The translations under genes were made by a program, and so were the position numbers. The notes under the pieces were generated by a model. That model was given only the letters and a program-made list of their open reading frames with translations. It was not told where the DNA came from and did no database searches. A stretch of DNA of 64,000 nucleotides from the IMG/VR virus record IMGVR_UViG_3300010885_076238, positions 140,312 to 204,311 of that record. The stretch is one strand, 5' to 3'. Shown here in pieces: positions 26,208-34,117 of this stretch. The first letter of the stretch is position 1. Each line of letters opens with the position of its first letter.

Positions 26208-26314
26208 TGCACAGCACGACTGCACAGAACCAAGGCATCCTGCTGCCAGAACGGCAAGCAGGGCCGCAATCAAACACCTACGGTCTATTATATAATCGAA
26301 CACCCAATGTTTAT

Positions 26315-26570
26315 TAAAAAACCAAGATCAAACCTTAAAAATATTTTACAAAAATTTTAATTAAGAAATTATATTTAAAAAACCTACAGGTTGGGTCCCT
26401 ACCCAGGGGGGTTCCACAGCTAACGCACCCCTTTTTATAAAAAAGATTTTACAAAATTAATAATTCATAAACTTTCCATCAAAACTATTAGACTTGGTTC
26501 CCCCAAAACATGTTGCAAAAATTTTAATTAATTAAATATTTTGTAAACCTTATAGAGTTGGTTCCATGAA
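26315..26570. repeat. AT-rich non-coding boundary with three imperfect ~55-bp repeats
   Basis: TTTTACAAAA(A)TTTTAATTAA...AAACCT..AG..TTGG(G/T)TCC at ~26345, 26447, 26512. Confidence 0.55.
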
Positions 26571-26600
26571 TCATTGTGAAGAAAATGTATATATAATATT

Positions 26601-27026
26601 ATGGATTTCAAATCATTTGATAAGAAAATAGTTGCAGCAGCTTCTGTAATTTATAATTCTGACAACAAGCTTCTTTTATTAAGAAGAGGACCAACAGCTC
26701 CTTGGATGCCGGGCAAATGGAATCTTCCTGGTGGCAATATTGATGAAAATGAAAGTGGTTTGCAAGCGGCGAAAAGAGAAGCAAAAGAAGAAATCAATAT
26801 TATTATAAATAATGCTCGTAGTTTAGGAATTGTTACTGAACAAGATTGGGGCGTTGCTTTCTTTTGTTGTTTAGATAATGAATGGTCGGGAAATCCCACA
26901 TTATCTGTTACTAATGGAATATTAGAAAATGATGATTTAGTATGGGAACTTCCAGAAAGTGCTCTTAAATATTCACTAGTTCCTACGGTAGATACAGCTA
27001 TAATCCGATCAATGAGATATTTATGA
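26601..27026 (+). CDS. NUDIX hydrolase
   Basis: PGGNIDENESGLQAAKREAKEEINI Nudix box. Confidence 0.9.
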   Translation: MDFKSFDKKIVAAASVIYNSDNKLLLLRRGPTAPWMPGKWNLPGGNIDENESGLQAAKREAKEEINIIINNARSLGIVTEQDWGVAFFCCLDNEWSGNPTLSVTNGILENDDLVWELPESALKYSLVPTVDTAIIRSMRYL

Positions 27027-27745
27027 TTAACGAAAGCCCAGATGCTATAAAACATAGAGAAGATATCGATAGTCCTTCTTATGGAGATCAAGACAGCGTA
27101 ACTTTTTCTTTATTTGATAACTTTACTGTCTACAGCCTAAGATACAACACAAGTCATGGAGACTTATACAAATTTGTAAGAATATACAGTAAGCCTTCAG
27201 ACATAGAATTATTTAAGTGGAGTGAGAACAGAGGCAAATATAGTTGGTATCTTGATCCAGAACAATTCAAGAAAAATTATGAAATATATCATAAAGGTGA
27301 ACTAACAGATAACGAAAAGAACAAAATTATAAATTTTGATATTTTTGAATTAGATAGAAGTCCAATACTAAAAGAATTTCCTAGTGTTATTCAGGGAAGA
27401 GCATGGACCGAGAGTAAAATGATTAGCTTCTGGAATGATTTGGTTTATATAGCTTCTAGAAAAGATGATATAATAAAATTTATTAATTTAATAGGAGGTA
27501 ATCCACATGCCTACCAATATGAAATCAAGGATAATTTATATAATTATGATGATTTTGTGTCGGGCAAATATAATGATAATTTAAAATTTGACCGCACAGT
27601 ACTTCATACTTTACCCCCAGATAAAAAGGGAGAAGCTTTAAAGAAAATGGGAGCTGCTCCTAAACAGCCAGTTCCTTTGCAGTTCAAACAAATGTTGCAA
27701 GGTGAGAGTTTTAGAAGTTGGCTGTATAAGCATGAGCAAAAATGA
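27023..27745 (+). CDS. Hypothetical protein, tandem paralog A
   Basis: QGR.W...KMISFWNDLVYIASRK shared with the next gene. Confidence 0.75.
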   Translation: MINESPDAIKHREDIDSPSYGDQDSVTFSLFDNFTVYSLRYNTSHGDLYKFVRIYSKPSDIELFKWSENRGKYSWYLDPEQFKKNYEIYHKGELTDNEKNKIINFDIFELDRSPILKEFPSVIQGRAWTESKMISFWNDLVYIASRKDDIIKFINLIGGNPHAYQYEIKDNLYNYDDFVSGKYNDNLKFDRTVLHTLPPDKKGEALKKMGAAPKQPVPLQFKQMLQGESFRSWLYKHEQK

Positions 27746-28410
27746 TTATAAATGAAAATCCAAATAATATAAAAACAGTTGCGAATACTCATTATGGAGC
27801 CTCTGGTGCTACTGCTTTTGTTTTATTTAATAAATTTTATGTGCATAGTGATTGGGCTTGGGCATCTCATGATACTTTATTAAGATATATTGCTTTATAC
27901 ATTCAACATGAAAAAAAAGAACTAGCTAATCAATTTAGAGAAAAAAATAAAATTAAGCATATTGGCGATCTAACAGGTGAAGAAGTAGATAAACTAAATA
28001 GTGAAAGGGATATTGATCGACATATTATTTTAGAAATTTCACCATATGTTATTCAAGGAAGATTGTGGAGAACCACTAAAATGATTAGCTTCTGGAATGA
28101 TTTGGTTTATATAGCTTCTAGAAAAAATGATATAATAAAATTTATTGAATCATTAAATAATGATCCTAAAAAATATCAATATGAAATAAAAGACAAGTTA
28201 TATGACTATAATCAATTTTTATCTGGAAAGTACACGGATGATTTAGATTTTGACCCAGAGGTTGTTCACATGCTTCCTCCAGATAAAAAGGGAGAAGCTT
28301 TGAAGAAAATGGGAGTACGTCCTAAAGCTCCAGTTCCTTTACAGTTCAAACAAATGGTTCAGGGTGAGAGTTTTAGAAGTTGGCTACAAAAAGGAGAAAA
28401 AAATGGTTAA
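27742..28410 (+). CDS. Hypothetical protein, tandem paralog B
   Basis: C-terminal half near-identical to 27023. Confidence 0.75.
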   Translation: MIINENPNNIKTVANTHYGASGATAFVLFNKFYVHSDWAWASHDTLLRYIALYIQHEKKELANQFREKNKIKHIGDLTGEEVDKLNSERDIDRHIILEISPYVIQGRLWRTTKMISFWNDLVYIASRKNDIIKFIESLNNDPKKYQYEIKDKLYDYNQFLSGKYTDDLDFDPEVVHMLPPDKKGEALKKMGVRPKAPVPLQFKQMVQGESFRSWLQKGEKNG

Positions 28411-28582
28411 TTTTTATGATTTTGAAATGATTATGGAAGGCAAGGGAGATGATGTTGTTAAATGTTCTTGTAAATGCAAAGCATGTAAATATAATTTTTG
28501 TAAAAATTGCAGTTGCAAAGATTGTAAATGTGAAGGTTGCAGATGTGAGAGTAATATTGGAAAAAATAAGAAAAATAACTAA
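28403..28582 (+). CDS. Metallothionein-like Cys-rich protein
   Basis: CSCKCKAC...CKNCSCKDCKCEGCRC; AAGGAG RBS. Confidence 0.6.
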   Translation: MVNFYDFEMIMEGKGDDVVKCSCKCKACKYNFCKNCSCKDCKCEGCRCESNIGKNKKNN

Positions 28583-28590
28583 TTTATAGC

Positions 28591-29202
28591 ATGACTTATA
28601 TATTTCAGCATATTCCTAGAACAGGCGGCATAACGTTATTATCTATTGTCAGGGAGGTTTATGATAATAATGATATAATTATAGATATTGACGGGAATAA
28701 CTTGTGTTACAAAATGCATGATCTTTTTTATTTACAAAAGTCTCCTAAGGCTATTTTTGGACATTTACCGTTTGGTATTCATAAATTATTAGACGGTGAA
28801 TTTTCTTATATAACGGTAATGAGAGATCCGGTAGAAAGAATTAAGAGTGTTATAAATCATTTGAACGAATCAAATATTTTAAATGTTGAAGAATATTTAA
28901 AAAATTATAGTCAGAATGATATGACAAAAGCATTTGTTTATAAGCCACACACCAAGAATGAAGAAGATCACTTAGAAGAAGCTAAAGATAACATTAAAAA
29001 ATATTATACTATTGGATTTACTTCTAATTTTAAAACATTTGTAAAGTCTTTAGGTAAAAAACTAGGTTGGACTCCTTTTTATTATATTAATAAAAATGAA
29101 AGTAGACCCTTGGTTGATTTTACAAAAAATGATATTAAAGAAATAAAAGAAAAAAATCAATTAGATATAAAGTTATATGAATGGGCCAAAAAAGAATTTT
29201 AA
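28591..29202 (+). CDS. Sulfotransferase family protein
   Basis: FQHIPRTGG, RDPVERIKS, N.LD..LY motifs. Confidence 0.85.
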   Translation: MTYIFQHIPRTGGITLLSIVREVYDNNDIIIDIDGNNLCYKMHDLFYLQKSPKAIFGHLPFGIHKLLDGEFSYITVMRDPVERIKSVINHLNESNILNVEEYLKNYSQNDMTKAFVYKPHTKNEEDHLEEAKDNIKKYYTIGFTSNFKTFVKSLGKKLGWTPFYYINKNESRPLVDFTKNDIKEIKEKNQLDIKLYEWAKKEF

Positions 29203-29463
29203 TTTGATATATAATTTTGGAAAAAAAAGGTAAAGATTTTGGTCGCATCACGCCAGAGGTAATTTTATGTCGTCTCAAATATTAGAAGTTTGCGTTCTTG
29301 TGATAAGTATTAGTTTCACATCTGTTGTGGCTATGGGAAGCTTATGCATGGTTTATGGTTTACTTATGGTGTTATTTGGGAAAGATGTTGATTAAATTGT
29401 GGTTTCCGCCTACTAAAAATATTTATTTGAAAAAGACTAGATAAAGAACACTGAGGAGAAAAA

Positions 29464-30012
29464 ATGAAAAATTTTCACGAATGGTTAGAAGAAAAACACC
29501 CTGAATCCCTAGAAGAGGGAATGTTTGGGGACTATATGAAAAAGGTTGCACTCCCAGTAACAGCTGCGATGGGGATGACAGCAGCACTCAGCGGAAACGT
29601 ACCGCAAACAAACAACAATAAGCCCGCCGTCGTCAGGGGTGTTGGACACGCTCAAGGAGCTTCAATGAAGCCACAGTCACAGCTACAAGATCTATACGGC
29701 CCCGAGCGAGATGATAATGGAAGACGATGGACGGATAATGAAGAATTCATGGACTATGCCGTACAGCAAGTTGAAAGACAGCTTGGGGGATCGCAGAGCA
29801 GCAGAATACCCAAACCAGAAGGATGGGACGATTTGAGCGACGACGCACAGTATCAAATATATAACCATGCCATCTACGCACTCGTTCAGCAACATGGCGT
29901 AAAAGACAAGGACGAACTTCAGAGTATGTTTGACAGGGAGACAGCTCAAGGAAGATATGACGGATCAAATCCTTATAGAATCAATTTCAATCCTGCTCAA
30001 TTCAATCGTTGA
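29464..30012 (+). CDS. Putative internal head protein
   Basis: N-terminal MKNFHEWLEE capsid-targeting-like sequence. Confidence 0.6.
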   Translation: MKNFHEWLEEKHPESLEEGMFGDYMKKVALPVTAAMGMTAALSGNVPQTNNNKPAVVRGVGHAQGASMKPQSQLQDLYGPERDDNGRRWTDNEEFMDYAVQQVERQLGGSQSSRIPKPEGWDDLSDDAQYQIYNHAIYALVQQHGVKDKDELQSMFDRETAQGRYDGSNPYRINFNPAQFNR

Positions 30013-30387
30013 ATGAAAACCTTCTATCAATATATTTCAGAAAATCATTTTGATCAATCATTATACACAATTAATGGTAAAAATTATAAAGTTTCTGAGC
30101 TTGCCGATTGGGCAAAGAAAAATCTACGTCCAGTTGCTTTGAATATCTCAGACATTCAAAGTAAGTATATTGATGCAAAAGGTTTGTTTATAGACGTAGA
30201 AAAAGGCGAAGATTGGTACGAAAGATCTATGAATGCAAATCTATCGTTTCCGATTTTAGTGTTGGAAAATCCAGATAACAAGTGGGAAATTATAGATGGA
30301 AACCATAGAGTCTGGAAAGCTTGGAAAACAGGAATGCAAACTATTAATGCATATCTAATTAATCCAAATTCTTTACAGCAAATTTAA
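30013..30387 (+). CDS. ParB/Srx-fold protein
   Basis: PILV...IIDGNHRVWKA; N-terminal MKTFYQYISE. Confidence 0.8.
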   Translation: MKTFYQYISENHFDQSLYTINGKNYKVSELADWAKKNLRPVALNISDIQSKYIDAKGLFIDVEKGEDWYERSMNANLSFPILVLENPDNKWEIIDGNHRVWKAWKTGMQTINAYLINPNSLQQI

Positions 30388-30480
30388 ATAAATTCCCATT
30401 TGGATAAAAAAATAATAGTTGTCAGTCGATTACGCCAATTAATAATTATTTATAAGTATGCTTAGCTGCAAGGAGGTTAA

Positions 30481-31092
30481 ATGGCATACAGTCAACTAGG
30501 TCAAGACGAATGGGTGGTTGGATTATACGGTAAAAACCCAGGATTTTTTGTTGACGTTGGTTTTAATGATGGAATAGTATTTTCTAATACTTATCTTCTT
30601 GAAAAAAAGGGTTGGATTGGCATAGGAATAGATCCATTTCCTTTTAATTATAAAAACAGACCCAGAACAATGATCTATGAAGATCTGGTTTATGACAAGT
30701 CGAACATTACTGTTGATGTTTGTGTTTGTGATGTTTATACTGGCGTTTTTGATGACATTCGCCGCCACAAAGAAAAAACTGTTGGCAAACCCATGGTGAG
30801 TTTAGTAACAAAGACTTTAGAGTCTGTGCTAGATGTTGCAAATTGTCCTAAGTTTATAGAATATTTATCATTAGACACTGAGGGTTCGGAGCATAAGATA
30901 TTATCTTCTTTTGATTTTAATAAATATTGTTTTGGTTGTATAACGGTTGAGCATAATCACGAGAAAGAAAAACGAAAAAATATTAGAAATAAACTAGAAG
31001 AAAATGGATATGAAATTTACAAGCAAGTAAAATTTGATGACTGGTACATCAAGTCTAGTATGAAAGAATATTTCAGTAAAAACCTACTATGA
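30481..31092 (+). CDS. FkbM-family methyltransferase
   Basis: YSQLGQD, FVDVG..DG...SNT, LSLDTEGSE. Confidence 0.88.
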   Translation: MAYSQLGQDEWVVGLYGKNPGFFVDVGFNDGIVFSNTYLLEKKGWIGIGIDPFPFNYKNRPRTMIYEDLVYDKSNITVDVCVCDVYTGVFDDIRRHKEKTVGKPMVSLVTKTLESVLDVANCPKFIEYLSLDTEGSEHKILSSFDFNKYCFGCITVEHNHEKEKRKNIRNKLEENGYEIYKQVKFDDWYIKSSMKEYFSKNLL

Positions 31093-31099
31093 TATTTTC

Positions 31100-31828
31100 A
31101 TGAACAAAGTTTATTATCATACGTTTGCTCCTTCTGAGAATTCCGTTAATATTATTATTGATTATTTTAAGAAATGTTTAGTTGACAATTTTTTTAATAA
31201 AATAGATCAATTTAATGTTATACTCACAGGTGATTTTCAACAAATAGCTTATAATGAGATGAAGAAGTTGTCAGATGATAAAAAAATTAATTTTATTATA
31301 AAGGAAAAGGCTTCTGAGGGTGAAACTTTGCTGCTTCTTTATGACGAAGCTTCTAATGAGGATAAAATTTTATATTTTCATTCGAAAGGAGTAACGCAGA
31401 TGAATAGTTTTTGTTTTAATAATGTAAAAGCTTGGTCGAATAAATTGCTATATTTTTTAGTAGACAAGGCAGAAGACTGTTTAAATTTCTTAGATAATTA
31501 TGATTTAGTTGGAGCTAATTATTGGGGAGAACACACAACAGATGATTGTCACAAGAGTTGCAATCAGGATAAAAAGCCTCCTCCTCATTTTTCTGGTAAT
31601 TTTTGGTGGACGAGGGGCGATTATATAAAAAAGCTTTCTAGGCCGGAGAACTTACAACGTGATTCTCACATAAATGGAAAAACGGATCAGGACCCTGAGT
31701 TCTGGATTTTTTCTACTAGACCGATTAGAATAGCAGCTATGAGCAATATTAAAATAAATCCTTATATTGATCCTAGTCTTTTTGAATCTTACAAGGATGA
31801 AACTCCCACATTTTCATTAATTAATTAA
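31100..31828 (+). CDS. Probable glycosyltransferase-like protein
   Basis: LYFHSKG...HFSGNFWW motif of large-virus glycosylation clusters. Confidence 0.55.
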   Translation: MNKVYYHTFAPSENSVNIIIDYFKKCLVDNFFNKIDQFNVILTGDFQQIAYNEMKKLSDDKKINFIIKEKASEGETLLLLYDEASNEDKILYFHSKGVTQMNSFCFNNVKAWSNKLLYFLVDKAEDCLNFLDNYDLVGANYWGEHTTDDCHKSCNQDKKPPPHFSGNFWWTRGDYIKKLSRPENLQRDSHINGKTDQDPEFWIFSTRPIRIAAMSNIKINPYIDPSLFESYKDETPTFSLIN

Positions 31829-32144
31829 TATGAAACAAATAGAAACAGAGATGAGTCTTGCCAAGAAGTATTTGAATGGGGATTACACAGACGTGCAATT
31901 GAATTACTGGGTAGTTCAGAATAAATTTGACAAACAAAAAATTGAAAATCTTATAGATTGTTTGAGAATGGCAGAGCCTTTTTTGGTCGCTACTAAATTA
32001 ATTATAGCTTTTATTTTGATAAATTATTTATTGGGATTTGCTTTATCTGTTATTTATTTTGTCCAATAATGGAAAAAATTTAATTTTATCTTGGTGGCAA
32101 TTTCATAAATATCTATTAGTACCAACAAGGTACAAGGAGGTATT

Positions 32145-32546
32145 ATGAAAAGGTTACTTGTGGGCTTATTTTTAGTCCTAGGATCAATTTCAGTTGTTTC
32201 TTCTGCTCAGGAGAGAATCATAAAGGTTGTTGATTTGGAAATCACATCTTATGAAGATTCATTAGTTTTGGCTAAGAATCAAGATAAAAAAGTTCTAGTT
32301 TTCTTTTCGGCAGATTATTGTGGATGGTGCAAAAAGCAAAAGGATGTTTTTTTAGAATCTGCTGTTGTGGATAAGATTAATGACTATGTTATTTGCTACG
32401 TTGACATGAGTAAAAAAGATTTGGTGTCAAAGTATAATGTTAGAACTATTCCAGCATATTTTGTTATTGATAAAAATGAAAAAATAATTAAGAAAAATAT
32501 TGGCTATAAAGAAAAGAATGATTTTATTAGATGGCTAGACAACTAA
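32145..32546 (+). CDS. Secreted thioredoxin-family protein
   Basis: Signal peptide, CGWC, TIP cis-Pro motif. Confidence 0.85.
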   Translation: MKRLLVGLFLVLGSISVVSSAQERIIKVVDLEITSYEDSLVLAKNQDKKVLVFFSADYCGWCKKQKDVFLESAVVDKINDYVICYVDMSKKDLVSKYNVRTIPAYFVIDKNEKIIKKNIGYKEKNDFIRWLDN

Positions 32547-32582
32547 TATTTTTTATACTATAATCTATTGAAAGGATTATTC

Positions 32583-33509
32583 ATGAATAAGTTTTTATTT
32601 ATATTTATTATTTTATTATCGAGGCCTGTTTTCTCTCAGGAGAAGACAGGCTTTGCTATTGATCCAAATGCAAATAATGTAGCTGCATTGTTTACAATGA
32701 CAGATGAAGGCGGAAGAACTAAGAATTTAGACTTAATGGACAGCATATTTAAAGATGGATCTTTAGGATTTGAATGTCAACGTTACCATAATGTTTCTTC
32801 TGTATTTATTTATAAAAAATTAACAGAGCTAGCTTTAAAATTAGAAGAGGACGCGACCTTACTGTTATATTTTAATAGTCATGGAGGAGGAAGCGGCGAC
32901 AGGTTTGCTATGACCGCTCAGGGTGGGAGTTTTAAATTTAGTAAAGCTTTAGAATCATTGGGCAAATCTAATAAAAAAATAAAAAGGCTTATATTCCTTG
33001 TGGATACTTGTCATGCTGCTGGAAGTATACAGGATAGTTTAAAGCAGGATGGGGAATTATTAAAAAACATTCAATCAGCAAAGCCTACTGATTATCTTCC
33101 TGAACTTTCTGACGCGGCAGTTTATAATCAGCGTCCATTTAGATCTATATTTGATATTAAAAATAATAAATTAGATTTCGGTGAAAATAGTGGGATTTAC
33201 AGTGAAATACTAATCATTAGTTCTTCTAGTGTTGAGGATCTTTCTATAAGGGGAGCATTTGCTTCTAGGTTGGCAACAACTTTTGGAAAAATTAAAGATA
33301 ATAAGGAAGTAACAGTTGGTCAGTTTTTGAAAAAGTTTGCAGATAGTCATTTGGCAAGTGGTCAACAACCTTATTACAAGATCCTTCCTGATAATTCCAT
33401 GTTTGATGAATTATTATTTGGAATACCTTATGCTAGATTGATTCCGATTGTTGATTGGGACAATGACAATAAAAATAAATCTGATTTCATCCCTTTGCCG
33501 AGATTATGA
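32583..33509 (+). CDS. Secreted caspase-fold (clan CD) protease-like protein
   Basis: LLLYFNSHG...FLVDTCHA His/Cys dyad; signal peptide. Confidence 0.7.
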   Translation: MNKFLFIFIILLSRPVFSQEKTGFAIDPNANNVAALFTMTDEGGRTKNLDLMDSIFKDGSLGFECQRYHNVSSVFIYKKLTELALKLEEDATLLLYFNSHGGGSGDRFAMTAQGGSFKFSKALESLGKSNKKIKRLIFLVDTCHAAGSIQDSLKQDGELLKNIQSAKPTDYLPELSDAAVYNQRPFRSIFDIKNNKLDFGENSGIYSEILIISSSSVEDLSIRGAFASRLATTFGKIKDNKEVTVGQFLKKFADSHLASGQQPYYKILPDNSMFDELLFGIPYARLIPIVDWDNDNKNKSDFIPLPRL

Positions 33510-34117
33510 ACAAAGTTTTTCAAATTGGATTTAATAAATGTGCAACGACTTCTTTTTTCTTGTTATTTGGAAAAACAACAAGACCAAGTGTAAAGTCTAT
33601 CCATTGGGATGTTGGAAGACTTGCTTATAAAATTCACAGAAACCATCTAGAAAACAAGCCTCTTCTTACTGGTTATGAGGAGTACACTTTTTTTAGTGAC
33701 ATAGAGGGGCCAATAGACGGAGACAAAAATTCTCCTTTGATATATGTTCATAAAGAATATTATAAAGATTTAGATAAACAATATCCAGATAGTAAATTTA
33801 TATTGAACACAAGAAATGTTTATGATTGGCTAGAAAGTAGAAAAAAACATTTAAATAGAAAAGACTATCAAATAAGATCGTATTTTGAAAGATGTAAATT
33901 TCATTATAAATTAAATGATCATCAGCTAGTTGAGAAATGGCTTTTGGAATGGGAAGATCATCATAACGATGTTTTAAATTATTTTAAAGATAGGCCAGAC
34001 GATTTATTGATTTATAATATTGATCATGATAATTTAGATAAAATTAAAAAATTCTTTCCCGAAATAAACTTTAGGTGCAAAGAATTTCCTTGGTCTAAAA
34101 AATTTAAGTGCTACTAG
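33506..34117 (+). CDS. Sulfotransferase family protein
   Basis: IGFNKCATTS, YPDSKFILNTR..W..S. Confidence 0.85.
   Translation: MNKVFQIGFNKCATTSFFLLFGKTTRPSVKSIHWDVGRLAYKIHRNHLENKPLLTGYEEYTFFSDIEGPIDGDKNSPLIYVHKEYYKDLDKQYPDSKFILNTRNVYDWLESRKKHLNRKDYQIRSYFERCKFHYKLNDHQLVEKWLLEWEDHHNDVLNYFKDRPDDLLIYNIDHDNLDKIKKFFPEINFRCKEFPWSKKFKCY

Larger units (their letters stand above)
1603..26314 (+). repeat. 24 dispersed same-orientation copies of the 17-bp box AAACACCTRATGTTTAT
   Basis: Starts at 1603, 3632, 6426, 8177, 9755, 10017, 12199, 13608, 15235, 16223, 17352, 18817, 19549, 20113, 20777, 21830, 23329, 23691, 24427, 24907, 25230, 25664, 26272, 26298. Confidence 0.9.

Noticed and set aside
1603-26314. 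CRISPR array interpretation of the repeats
   Set aside because: Repeats are 17-19 bp and separated by whole genes at irregular distances; no cas genes.
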